A model generated the notes under the pieces. That model was not told where the DNA came from and ran no database searches. It saw only the letters and a list, made by a program, of their open reading frames with translations. A stretch of DNA of 63,548 nt, counting the filler, from Ministeria vibrans ATCC 50519 (Eukaryota; Protista; Filasterea), in assembly GCA_943704425.1 (NCBI GenBank). It is 9 parts of 9 records of this genome, joined end to end, with 100 filler letters (N's around TTAATTAATTAA, not from the genome) between each part and the next. Parts side by side here need not be neighbours in the genome. Positions count along the whole stretch, not along the records: positions 30,582 to 35,166 come from CALSCP010001705.1; positions 35,267 to 58,262 come from CALSCP010000245.1; 7 more parts are not named here. One strand, given 5' to 3'. Position 1 is the stretch's first letter; each line of letters starts with the position of its first letter. A program made the position numbers and the translations under genes. Shown here piece by piece: positions 30,660-41,869 of this stretch.

Positions 30660-30961
30660 ATGTGACATACGATGGATCGAGCGGAATGTTTCAGAATTGC
30701 ACCAATGGCTACACACTCGACTTCAACGTCAATGTGTGCGAATCAACCACACCGCCTCACAGCAAGGCGCAGCGCTCCTACATCATCTCCGACATGCTTC
30801 CTTGCAACCCCTTCCAACCTTTCTCGCCCCATAAGCACCCGTCTAATGTCGGCGTCATTGTGGGCGCGACACTGGGAGGCCTCGCCGGTCTGTGTCTCCT
30901 CATCGGTGTCATTTACTACGCCAACCGCAAGCAGCCGCAGGGCTACCATACCATCAATTGA
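30660..30961 (+). CDS. 3' exon of a type I membrane protein with a lysosomal-type GYxxI tail
   Basis: TM VGVIVGATLGGLAGLCLLIGVIYY followed by short tail RKQPQGYHTIN*. Confidence 0.55.
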
Positions 30962-31174
30962 AATTGAAGAAGCGCGACACGTTTTATTTTATTTTTGAAA
31001 GTGATCACGTCACGGTTTCTAGTCTTTCTACCACATTAATTCTTGCATTAAAAATAGTAATTAGTGTTGTGTAGTTTTGTGTTCAGTGGAGTGTTCTCTC
31101 CCAATGGCAACAAGGCACTGANNNNNNNNNNTAGTAATTAGTGTTTTTTTTTTTTTTTTTTAGACTTGTGCTTG

Positions 31175-34100
31175 TTAGTCAGTGTCAGCCTTGTGTGGCG
31201 TCGATGCAATAGCGTCCGCCTGCAGCTGCGCCAAATGTTCCTGCTGTTCGCGACGTCTCCTCTCCATCTGCGTACGACGTTGCTCCTCCAAGCGGGCCTT
31301 CTTCTCCGCCAGTGAAAGGACGGGTCGCGAGGGCAGTGCCGTGCCCAGGTTCGGCATGTCTCCGAGCGTGCGCCCACCACTTGGTGCGGGTGCAGCATGA
31401 TGTTGCGGCGGTACAGGCCCCGAGGGCATTGGTGGTGGTGCGGCACTGCGAGGCGGGCCAGTGCCACGAGGTTGCATCGGAGGTGGTCCAGTGCGATCAA
31501 CGCTCTCAACAGAGGCGCTCCGAGAGGGCACATGCGTTGTCTGTGGCAGTGGCTGTTGATGTTGCTGCCAAGTCTGACCTGGAAACGTTGATGAAGGAGC
31601 CATTGGCGGTTGATGCGGCTGTGCCTGCTGCGCGTGGAAGTCTGCCTGAGCAAAAGTAGCGTGTGGAGGTTGCGGCAAGTGTGGTTGAGTATGTTGGGCC
31701 TGTGATGGAGCTTGAGCAGGGGCATGAGCTGCGCCTCGAGCCTGTGCTTGAGCTTGAGCAGCTTGGGATTGAGCTTGAGGGCGAGCCTGTGCCTGAGCTT
31801 GAGTTTGAGCTTGAGCTTGAGCTTGAGCTTGTGGCTGAGCACGGGCCTGAGCTGAACCTTGTGTCTGAGCCCGGGGCTGCGCTTGGGCTTGAGCGTGAGC
31901 TTGAGCTTGAGGATGAGCCTGAGGCTGAGTTGGAGCTTGAGGCTGAGGCTGAGGCTGAGGCTGAGGCTGAGGCTGAGGCTGAGGCTGAGGCTGAGGCTGA
32001 GGCTGAGGCTGAGGCTGAGACTGAGGCTGAGGCTGAGGCTGAGGCTGAGACTGAGGCTGAGGCTGAGACTGAGGCTGAGGCTGAGACTGAGGCGGAGCAC
32101 GGGCCTGAGCTGAACCTTGCGCCTGAGCCCGGGCCTGTGCTTGAGCTTGAGCTTGAGCTTGACCTTGAGATTGAGCTTGAGCTTGACCTTGAGCTTGAGC
32201 TTGAGGCTGTGTCTGAGCTTGACCTTGAGCTTGAGCTTGAGGCTGTGTCTGAGCTGGAGCTTGAGCTTGAGGCTGTGTCTGAGCTGGAGCTTGGGGTTCG
32301 GCGTGCTGAGCCGGATGTAACTGTCCTTGGCGTGTCTCTCCTTGTCGCATCTGTCCTTGTTGCACCTGCGAGTTGAGAGGTTGCTGATTCTGCGTGGGTT
32401 GCGCTCGCTGCGATGATTGTTGCGCCGGTCGTTGCTGTTGTGAGGTATTGTGTGTCAGGGCACGGTGCATCTTAGCCATCTCTGCGCGCTGAGCGGCGAT
32501 TTGCTTGTCGAGCATGGCGCGGGCAGCGCGCGAGCTCTGCAGCTCACTAAACATTCGCTTGACGTCAGGAGGGTTTCCATCCGAGCCGTCCGACGGGGGA
32601 GATCGTAGTGATTCGCACTCTTTGCGCAAGACTGCCATGTCTTCGCGACACTGGCGCAGTTGGAAGTCACGTGCGTGGACCTCCTGAACTATCTGGCGTA
32701 GTTTATTCTGCAACTCGACAACGGTGGTGTTGGACTTCTGCTGTTGCTGCTTTAGTTGCGTGAGATGAGCATTGTTTGTCTCGAGCGCCTCATGCAGTCG
32801 CGTTGCCAGGTCCTTTTCCTCCTCGAACCTTTCGATTGCCGCTTGCGCCTGCTCCTGCAGCACTTTTTCGTTCCGTTCTGCACTCATCACCTGCTCCTGC
32901 ATCGCCGTCTTGCTCGCCTCCAGCGCTTTCTTCAGCGCTGCCACCTCCGCAAGTACCTTGGCGCCAGCCGATCTTTCTTTGCCACTGCGACAACAGCAGC
33001 AACACGTGAAAAGAACCAGGAAAAGCGCACCCAGGACAACACCCGCCACAATCTGCACTGTCAACGTGAAGGGGAGAATATGCAAGGTGTCGACGTAAGC
33101 ATTGAACGCATCCACTCCCGCTTGCCACTCAGCAATGGTTGGCAGGGGCGTGGCCGCTGGTAGCATCGACGCAATGGAGTCAAACGCTGACGCGGATTGC
33201 ACCTTCTTCTTCGTGTGCGCTTCTTGCGTCTCCGGGCGATGACTTGCAACAGGCAAGGCCGTGGGTGATGCAGCTGCTGGCGGCGACACTGAGACCACGG
33301 GCGGCGGGGTGTCTACGTGACGCTGACGAGGCGGATCATGCTGCTGGACCTTGGGTAACGCCGCTCGCTGGTTCATTTTTGCGCGCTGGCGTTCTTCGTC
33401 CAACTTTTTTTCCACTGCCTCCCGCTGAGTTTCTTCCACCTTCCTCTGTGTCCCAGCATCTTCGTGCTGCTTCGATTGCAATCTCTCGGGCGCCATCCTT
33501 TGGTCGTGTTCTCCTCGCTCGTTACCCTTGATCGCCTCCGGCTCACGGGCCTCTGCTTGCGCTTGCTCACGGTCCTCATCCACCTTTGTCACTTGCCGAT
33601 CATCATTGGCATCGCCCTCCCTCGTGTGTACCGCCTCAGCCTCGTCCGCATTTTTCTTCAACTTGGCATCCGGCTCACGTGCCTCTGCTTGCGCTTGCTC
33701 ACGGTCCTCATCCGCCTTTGTCACTTGCCGATCATCATTGGCATCGCCCTCCCTCGTGTGTACCGCCTCAGCCTCGTCCGTTTCCTTCTTCAACTTGGCA
33801 TCCGGCTGACGTGCCTCTGCTTGCGCTTGCTCACGGTCCTCATCCGCCTTTGTCACTTGTCCATCATTGGCGTCGCCCTCCCTTGTGTGTACCGCCTCAG
33901 CCTCGTTCGTTTCCTTCTTCAACTTGGCATCCGGCTCACGTGCCTCTGCTTGCTCTTGCTCACGGTCCTCATCCGCCTTTGTCACTTGCCGATCATTGGC
34001 GTCGCCCTCCCTTGTGTGTACCGCCTCAGCCTCGTCCGTTTCCTTCTTCAACTTGGCATCCGGCTCACGGGCCTCTGCTTGCGCTTGCTCACGGTCCTCA

Positions 34101-34990
34101 TCCGCCTTTGTCACTTGTCCATCATTAGCGTCGCCCTCCCTTGTGTGTCCCGCCTCAGCCTCGTTCGTTTCCTTCTTCAACTTGGCATCCGGCTCACGTG
34201 CCTCTTTCGCATCCACTGCGGCATGTTGCTCTGTTGACCCGCCGCCTTCGTGCATTTTCTCCTCTTGTTCCCTCTGCTCCTGGTGCGCTGGAGCCGTCTC
34301 GCCGTCCGCATCAGCCTCCTTCGGTCGCTGGTCGTTCTCTTTGACGTCCCCCTTCTCCGCCACCGCATGTTCTTCCGCGTCCTTCTTCGCCTTCGCATTC
34401 CGCCCACCTTCCTCGTTCTCTTTCCCTCCTCCTCGTTGTTCCGCTGGCCGCTCTGCCGCGGTGCCTTCCACGAGCGTCGGCCTTTCCATGCGCAACAGGT
34501 GCTCTGGCGAACCCTCTGTCTTCGCCTCGTCCCCGCTCAATTCCTTCTCCTGCTCAGGTAACCCACGCGCAAGCGTTCCTTCCTGCTCGCTCAACTCCTT
34601 CTCACCGTTTGGTTCCTCAGCACGTTCTAGTGTCTCCGGTGTTTCGCCACCGACTCGTTCATGTGCGGCATTGTCTGGCTCCTTCTTTTCACCAGGTCGC
34701 CCGTACTCATCTTCTCCATTCTCCGTTGACTCTTCTTCTCCCCCTTCAAAAGGATCCTTCTTCAGCTCTTTGCTCGCCGTTTGAGCATCATCTTCTATCT
34801 TGGCCCGTTTCTTCTCCATGTATGCCATAAGTGGGTCGTACACTTTCTCGATGAAATCTATACGAATCGTTGCGTCTGGGTATTGCGCACTCACGTCCAC
34901 ACTGTTGATCTTGTGGCGAAATTCCCCGAGTTTTGCTTGAAAGTTCCTGTGCTCCTCCTCCCTTTGTGCCTACACCCAGACATGAACGAT
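31175..34990 (-). CDS. Large single-pass membrane protein: acidic region with five 43-44-aa repeats, TM, coiled coil, Q/A/P-rich tail (5'-partial)
   Basis: 1241-aa ORF; repeat [18 protein letters not shown]..., [18 protein letters not shown] followed by CCCCC, heptad region, (QP)n and PPP motifs. Confidence 0.7.
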
Positions 34991-35117
34991 TTTGATGATT
35001 AACAGACAAAAAGAGAAAACACAAAACACTGTCACACACACCACAAAGACACATACACATCACAAAGACACACACACCACAAAGACACACACACCACAAA
35101 GACACACACACCACAAA

Positions 35118-35166
<49 letters not shown>

Positions 35167-35266
35167 NNNNNNNNNNNNNNNNNNNNNNNNNNNNNNNNNN
35201 NNNNNNNNNNTTAATTAATTAANNNNNNNNNNNNNNNNNNNNNNNNNNNNNNNNNNNNNNNNNNNN

Positions 35267-35481
35267 CAGGTGAGCCCATTCGCAACGACCTTCACGTCCA
35301 CGAATGGGCTCGCTATGCCGCATTGCGCACCCAACCCAACGACTACAGCAATGTCACTACCGCCAGCCGTGGATCGTCGGCAGTCGTGTCGCGTGCAAAT
35401 ACAGGAAACGCGGTGATTCTTGTCGAGGTGCACTTTTCGGAGGCGCCAGACTCGGATGTGATTGTGTATGAGCGTCTCGAC
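35267..35481 (+). CDS. Probable upstream part of the host IQUB gene, cut by the element
   Basis: Open GC-rich frame GEPIRNDLHVHEW...VILVEVHFS...ERLD ending at the left TSD; resembles the end of the IQUB ubiquitin-like domain (by eye). Confidence 0.5.
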
Positions 35482-35930
35482 AGTGTGTGTGGTCTGAGTG
35501 AGCGTCATTTCAAAAAAATCGTTTATAACTTCTTTTTTTTTCATTTGTTCCACTAAAAATTGCGAGCAAAAATCATTAGGAAGATTTTATCTCTCTTGTT
35601 TTCAACTGTTTTAATTTCTGTATTCAGTTTGGATTTCAAACTGCGCGCGCAACACCGTTTTTCAGCAAACTTTTCTAAACTTTTAATAAAACAGGTATTT
35701 TCAAAATAGGTTTCCAAAATAGCGTGCGGTTGGTGCGGATCCATATTTATCATATTCCTTGACTGGTATCCTTTTCTATATTTCTATATTATATATTACT
35801 ATTACTCTAACAACACTACTACCCCGCACCCTCCGCACCACCACACCCTTCTTAAACTGCCCCTATGGCCGATATCAGCAAAAGTTTACAATAGTTTGCT
35901 CAAAACTGGTGCGGTCTGCGCAACTACTCT
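35482..35930 (+). repeat. Left terminal inverted repeat
   Basis: First ~130 bp nearly identical to the reverse complement of 47990-48118; conserved blocks continue to ~35915. Confidence 0.9.
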
Positions 35931-36283
35931 GGCATGAACGATTGTTATGATACGAAGGATCATAACGACAGTTGTAATATAATGAAATGACTGTTATGTA
36001 AGAGTTGGTTCTGCGGAAGATGCGCGCATGTTTACTGCCCGTACTGCACAAAACGCCTGCGATCAACAACAGCCACACGCGCATGTCTAGCACCACAAAC
36101 TTCCGACGACTTATTCTCTTGAGGCCTGGGAGTCGCACTCAAAGGGCGGTGCAGCCATATGCGCAGCTCTAGGCCAGGACTCATTTATTGGTGGCAACGT
36201 ACAATGCTGGTCTCCTATTCCCACAAATTCAGACAAACGCTTTTGAGCAACACCATCTTAATGCATTTGTTAAAACGTATATT

Positions 36284-37153
36284 TTATTTCTTTCCTTGGG
36301 CAGCTACGACGGCAGCCTTAACAAACAATGAACCCACATTGCCATAAACCTCCCACAACGAATCTTTGTCATTCCATTCCACTTTGCTGACGCTCAAGCA
36401 CGCAGCCCAGGGCACGAGAAATTCGCTTTCGCCTGGAACCGCAGAGATGTCCGCAATCGAGGCTGCACCGTTGATTGGTGTCAAGATGTAATGAACGTTT
36501 GCGCCTTCTTTAAAAAACGCCAAGTCAGTCTTGGTTGAAGTGGACATGAAGCCATTGATAATCAGCTCGTCGGGGCGACCACAAGCAGCTTTATGCTGAT
36601 CCAATACTTCTTTTGGCAATGTCGCGTATCGATGGAGGACCGGGCCTGCTCCTTTCTTTAACCAGACCTTGGTAAGAGCCATGCCCAAACGGAATGTGAT
36701 AGTATGCCATTGCTGTTTGAGGGAACTGTCTTGAGATCGGAGAACTTCGTTCAACGTGCGATAAAAATTAGTGGTGTCTGTGTAAAGATAAGTGGCAAGT
36801 GTTTCCTCAAAGGATAAGCCCAGCGCTTTGCCGTGAGAGTTCCACGAGAGAGTCGCCAATTTCTTCGCTGCGGTGAAGTATTCTGGTGATAGGTCAAGAG
36901 TAGGTAAAAGAGCAGAGACTTCGTCATCCAAAGAGGATGTGGGTGGAACAAAAGTCGACTTCTCGATCACACGCTTCTCAAAATACTGGTCCATGCATGT
37001 CAGTCGAGCAGGGGGGGCTCGACGCTTCGTTTTAGTCAGAAAGTACCAAGCACCGGCAAGAGCCACAACTCCGAAACCAATCACCCACTTCCCCATTGTC
37101 TGTGGGAGAAATGAAGGTGCAACTCAGGAGTTAGAGAAAAGTACAAGTACCAT
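36284..37153 (-). CDS. Membrane-anchored NAD:arginine-type ADP-ribosyltransferase (ARTC, R-S-E class), cargo of the element
   Basis: N-terminal TM; YLYT...FYRTLNEVLR; VLHR (R), FMSTS (STS), GESEFL (ExE). Possible ATG micro-exon 37151-37153 plus 51-nt GT..CTAAC..CAG intron 37100-37150; ORF otherwise starts at 37096. Confidence 0.8.
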
Positions 37154-37634
37154 GGTGCCACGAGAGGCCCGCACACCACGCAGTTTGCACCACTGATATC
37201 ACACACCATTTATACATCCCCTGCGCAACACGGCAGGCGATGGTATTCGCCGACAAAGAAATAGAACAATCTCGAACAAAAAAACGAAATAAGCGAGAAA
37301 TGCTCGCCAGGCAAAATCCCCGCGCCCCGCCACCGCACCGTTTGCCCCATAGGTACCCGACACCACCCATACAACCCCTGCAAAACACGGCACGCTGTGG
37401 CATGAATCATTTGTAAAATCGTTGAGGTCACCTGGTAACACGAAAAAAAATGGCAATCGACCAGCGACTCTCCAGCCCCGTCCCAGGGCATGTGCCCACC
37501 ACCCCTGGTTGCAGTAGCGAGCAAAAAAACGACTTACTGTGAACTTCTTAGGAAAAATTCTGATGGATTTGATCTTTCATCTTCTCGAATTTTTTGATCG
37601 AGTTTGTCGCTGGGCCACAATCTTCTCTTCCAAA

Positions 37635-38163
37635 ATGTCTTCGGCTCATTCGCGCTCTCCCTCGGTGCCTGAGAGCCAGTCGCTGTCAAGCGGTCTGCTA
37701 ACTTGGTACTAACTTGCAGCCAATTACAGAATTGTTAGGCGGTCTTATTCACTACCTAACCGACGAGGAGTACACTGGGTTTCGCTATCGGGAGCACTCA
37801 GTCAGCCTGGTGGTCCGCATGGGCCTCGAGCGACGCAACGAAACGTTGGCACTCAAGAAACTCGACGAAACTGAGATTACGCGCATCCGTGCACAGATCG
37901 AGCGAGAGGAACGGGCCAAGATCGAGGCGGACCTCTTACACACGGTCGCTGCCGAACACAAGAAGAAGCTCGACGAGCTTGCAGCGCAAGTGGAGCGAGA
38001 GCAGCAAAGCAAGGCAAACCTGATGAAGAGAGTCGAAGAGCTGGAAAAAAGCCAGTGCTACGACCAAAAGGAGAAAGAAATGAAACTTACTGTCCTTCCT
38101 CATAGGAAAGAACGTACTCGATATAACCATTCACCTCCACACCAGTGGCGGACGCAGTTTTAA
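37635..38163 (+). pseudogene. Coiled-coil eukaryote-style gene, probably 3'-truncated cargo fragment
   Basis: ATG 37635; a 55-nt intron 37665-37719 (GT...TACTAAC-TTGCAG) joins in frame to ORF 37714-38163; 3' end overlaps the viral gene ending at 38087. Confidence 0.45.
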
Positions 38164-38854
38164 CTTCAACCCAGATATCACTCTGTTGTCCGACAACAAG
38201 ATTGTCAAACTTGATGTTCAGAGATGTCTCAAAGTTGCATTGGTAGGCGAGTAGTTTGACACCGCCGTTACCCACATCATGAACCCAAATGCGTGCTGTC
38301 AGTGCTTCTGATGTCTCAGTTGTGGTGAGATTCAAGGCGCGGACATAGGCTTTGTGATTGTTCGGCACAGACGCCCACAGGAAGCCCACAGATCATAGTC
38401 CCTGTTTACACCACTGCCGTTCATGACTGGAATGCGCTTGTATGTGTTATCAGGGACCCCTCCCGTGTTAGTGCCATCCCCGACGGAGATAGAGCCCTCG
38501 TTAAGCCCTGTAGACCCACATGAAGTAGCCTGAACTGAGACCCAGACGAAGCAGATCTGGACTGAGATTCACTGAGGACTGTCCATCGAGATCACCAGTG
38601 AGTGTCTGCAGATTCCAGTTCTCATCGATACCGACCACCTTGTACTGCCTTGCTCCGGTGCCAAGTAGTGTATCATCGTCTGAATCACTAGCAATGTACA
38701 TAGCGGTGGCGCTGGCGGGGAGTAGCATCCCTGTTGCTCCAACTGTTTGATAATTTGTGTTCACATCCTCTGTGAAACCTCTGACAGTGCTAAACTGCTT
38801 GCGCCAGTCAAAGTCTAGCGATATTTGTTCATACGAATTAGCAGGTTGTGACAT
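38087..38854 (-). pseudogene. Virus/phage-type beta-rich protein broken by two frameshifts
   Basis: SDSDDDT..GTGAR..VVGIDENW ORF (38501-38854) continues in another frame (GSTGLNEGSISVG...) and again into ORF 38087-38389. Confidence 0.6.
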
Positions 38855-39406
38855 TTACCTATATCTTATCATCTTAATCAATTCATGCGAGTAAAAGGTG
38901 TTTCCCTGCACCGGTTGGCTCGTCATAAGCTGAGCAATGGAATGCTTCAGGTGTCTCTGTCGCTTAACAACGTAAACAGTGTCATCACCAGGCAGTTTGA
39001 CCCGCTGTCCAACTCTCAACGCAACGCAGTCATGAATCACCTCTTCCTCTTCTTCTTCTTCCACAACGACTTCAATATCATCTACTGCCATCCGATCGTA
39101 AAACTCATTGACCAGCCTGCGGGAAATACCGACGTACAACTTACCCATGTTGTCGGCCAGGTGTGTTCGCGAAGGTTTGTTGAGCCTAAGGTACGCATCC
39201 TTAATGACTTTGAAGACGTCCTCGCGCGCAATCAGCATACGGTCTCCGATAAACAACTCACCAAGGCGATATTCAAAGTAAGAAAAGATCTTCAGTTCAT
39301 TGTGATTCAATAATTCATCCTCCATTCCTTCAAGTATCAGAATTTTAGCACGTTCAATCATGTCTCTCGTGAACACACGATTGTTAATAGCAGATAATGC
39401 AACCAT
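38855..39406 (-). CDS. Integrase-related protein lacking the DDE core (N-terminal helical and C-terminal SH3-like segments joined by poly-E)
   Basis: LYVGISRRLVNEF and LRVGQRVKL...VYVV...GNTFYSHEL resemble the flanking domains of Polinton integrases. Confidence 0.45.
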   Translation of the reverse strand: MVALSAINNRVFTRDMIERAKILILEGMEDELLNHNELKIFSYFEYRLGELFIGDRMLIAREDVFKVIKDAYLRLNKPSRTHLADNMGKLYVGISRRLVNEFYDRMAVDDIEVVVEEEEEEEVIHDCVALRVGQRVKLPGDDTVYVVKRQRHLKHSIAQLMTSQPVQGNTFYSHELIKMIRYR

Positions 39407-39448
39407 CTATATTATCCCTTCGGATAAAATAGCTGAGCGAAAAGCGCA

Positions 39449-39754
39449 TTACTTTCTTCTGCCATGACCACGCTTTTTGTGTGGTTTAGCTTTTGGCTTA
39501 GGGGCTGGCTTAGCCTCCTTTGGAAGCGGCTGTTTGGCGGCAGCATGCCCACCTGTTGTAGGTTTAAACACGTCAAAGGCTGAGTCAACCTTCCTGTTTG
39601 CCTTGTCTGCAAGATCACCAAAGATGCCCTCCAATTTTTTGGACGCATCACTCTGAGTTTTCTTGGCCTCGCCTGAGATAAGACCCTTCAAATCATTCTT
39701 CTTCGCGTGAATCCGCGACTTTCCGTAATTGACTAGACTATCGAACAGTCCCAT
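39449..39754 (-). CDS. Small basic protein, possible virion core protein
   Basis: 101 aa, Lys-rich, ends KKRGHGRRK, directly downstream of the capsid-like segment. Confidence 0.5.
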   Translation of the reverse strand: MGLFDSLVNYGKSRIHAKKNDLKGLISGEAKKTQSDASKKLEGIFGDLADKANRKVDSAFDVFKPTTGGHAAAKQPLPKEAKPAPKPKAKPHKKRGHGRRK

Positions 39755-39770
39755 TCGTTATATTACTTCT

Positions 39771-41591
39771 TTAGATATTTTGTGGACTCTCTACCACCTC
39801 TATTCCACCGTCCGGGTTGATTACAAGTACTTTCATGACCTCCACAAAGACGAGAACATTCGGGGTTGTTGCATTGACACCAGCATTGTGTCCCAGTTGC
39901 AGTGAAATCGGCTTTGAGTCACACTGGGTGCTGTTGTCCCATGAGAGCGGTTCGTTAGCGAATGGTTGCATGCTGAATGATACCCATGAGCTCATACCCT
40001 TGAACTGCACCGAGCTGGAGGAGTTCAGATCGCCCCAACCGTAGTTGTTGGTGTCCATGAACTCTCCGGCACCTGCGCCATCACTCTCGTCGACGTAACA
40101 ACCAGGTGCATACACATAGAATGATGAGTCCTTTGATGCTTCCTTTGCGTAGGTGTAGAGGAGCTTGCTTGCAGGGACAGGCACTGTGAACAGCTGATTC
40201 CCGTTGATCCTTGCCTGGAACGTCCACCCATCGCTGGCATTCACGTAACTGTTGTCGTCCCCAGTCAATTCGTTATCGGTCGGTCGTGGGAAGGCAAGAT
40301 TGACATTCAAGACATGCTTGTTGGCCAAGTTCATGTTTACCTGTGTACTGGTGGATGCTGAAAGAGGCTTGTACATGAAGTCTGCACCTCCCTCGATCTC
40401 GCAATGGTACATCCCATATTGTGGCCTCTCTGGTAGCACCATCAGATGCTCGAACCGTGGAGCTCCGATTGGGAACAATCGTTGAGTGGATCTCATTATG
40501 TCACCATAGCAGTAGTTTATGTCGTAGCTTGTTGCGAACTCGTAGTGTCCCTTTCTGCACCCAATGTGACCGCATTTCTTTGCATTGTCTATACGCAACG
40601 ACTCTTCTTTCGAGATAGGCGCTGGTTTTCGTACTGACTGTGTCTTCTGATGAAACAGCCAAAGAACAAGTGTAGTCATTTTGCCGGCTTGTCGGAGATT
40701 AAGGATTGGGTCCATTTCCTTCAGTTTCTCACAGTCTTTCATGTAGTCGGCATAGGCTTTCTCAAGTGTGTTGGCTCCTGCATTAATGAAGTGTATGCTT
40801 GATTGGGTCAGCTTCTTGTACTCTGCAACTGGGTACTCCTCAGATGAAACACCATCAAAAACTTTAATGAGTCTACCTTTGTCGTACTCCTTGAAGGTGC
40901 ATATCCGAGTCTTCTTACTGTGATAGTTCTTGATCAATTCAGTTCCACGCTCTGAAAACAGTGAATAATGCTGATTCTCGAGGAGGAGTTTGATCTCTCT
41001 CTGATGTTTTGCATTCGATTGGTATGTATGGGCACCAGTCACGTCTATCTTAGTGAAGCACTTTGCCTCGATCAATGGTATTGACGTGTAAGGAATCTTA
41101 TCATCTCGGCCGACACCAACTAGTTTTTTCAATTTGGATGCCTTACTGATCACTTTAGGCAGGAAATCCTCACCGAATGCATTCCTCAAGCAGACCCAGA
41201 GGCAATCATTGTGCTTGTCGTCTGCCCCACCTGACACCCCATTCTGCGCGATGTACAGATCAACATTATGTACCAGGGGGTGCTTGAATCCCTCGGGTAT
41301 ATTGTAGTTGTCCTGGTAATTGTAAAGAGCTACGGGAGACGACATGGGAACCCACCGAGAACTGCGCCAACCCTGCGGGAGCTGTTCCGAGACCTCCTGA
41401 GCACTGTGCTTTGAGAAGGTAACCACTCTCTTGTTGAAAGGACCCTTTTTGATCTTCTTTTCATAAGCCCAAAGTTCAGCTTTCACCTCGTCTTGAGTCA
41501 GGCCTTCCTTGCTGTGAAATCGAAATCTCACAACTGGTCCACCATTAGAAGTCATATCGGGCACAACACCCTGTCCAGTAAGTTTTAACAT
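39771..41591 (-). CDS. Chimera: N-terminal part of protein-primed PolB fused to the C-terminal part of a double-jelly-roll major capsid protein
   Basis: GG.DDKHNDCLW and QHYSL (vOTU-like), YDINYCYGDIM (degenerate PolB motif A), FPIGAP, YGMYHCEI; then FQARINGNQLF...VLVFVEVMKVLVINPDGGIEV; PolB motifs B and C absent. Confidence 0.6.
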   Translation of the reverse strand: MLKLTGQGVVPDMTSNGGPVVRFRFHSKEGLTQDEVKAELWAYEKKIKKGPFNKRVVTFSKHSAQEVSEQLPQGWRSSRWVPMSSPVALYNYQDNYNIPEGFKHPLVHNVDLYIAQNGVSGGADDKHNDCLWVCLRNAFGEDFLPKVISKASKLKKLVGVGRDDKIPYTSIPLIEAKCFTKIDVTGAHTYQSNAKHQREIKLLLENQHYSLFSERGTELIKNYHSKKTRICTFKEYDKGRLIKVFDGVSSEEYPVAEYKKLTQSSIHFINAGANTLEKAYADYMKDCEKLKEMDPILNLRQAGKMTTLVLWLFHQKTQSVRKPAPISKEESLRIDNAKKCGHIGCRKGHYEFATSYDINYCYGDIMRSTQRLFPIGAPRFEHLMVLPERPQYGMYHCEIEGGADFMYKPLSASTSTQVNMNLANKHVLNVNLAFPRPTDNELTGDDNSYVNASDGWTFQARINGNQLFTVPVPASKLLYTYAKEASKDSSFYVYAPGCYVDESDGAGAGEFMDTNNYGWGDLNSSSSVQFKGMSSWVSFSMQPFANEPLSWDNSTQCDSKPISLQLGHNAGVNATTPNVLVFVEVMKVLVINPDGGIEVVESPQNI

Positions 41592-41869
41592 ATTCTATAC
41601 ACTATATAGTAAGATAATGTTTAAGTAGGTTTTACCTTAGGAACTACTTACTTAAGCAAATGAGACTTATATAAAGTAGAACAAAACTCAACTTTGTTCT
41701 GGTTAGTTTAACATTGTTAAGTTAACACTAAGTTAATCAAAATATAGGAGAGTTGTACAAAGTTGAACTGAACTCAAGTTTGTTTTTGTTAAAATTAACA
41801 TAGGTTTAATACAAAACTACTTCAAAACTACTTAAACATTTGTTATCTTACTATAGTATAAGATAAATA
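41592..41869. promoter_or_regulatory. Divergent AT-rich promoter region with CTACTTAAA..TCTTACTA..TATA motif on both strands; third copy 42460-42528
   Basis: Same motif precedes ATGs at 41591 (-), 41870 (+) and 42529 (+). Confidence 0.6.

Noticed and set aside
35944-36185. Hairpins between the left TIR and the ART gene (GTTATGAT/ATCATAAC; GGCCT..AGGCC)
   Set aside because: Could be terminators, but no ncRNA or ribozyme family is recognisable
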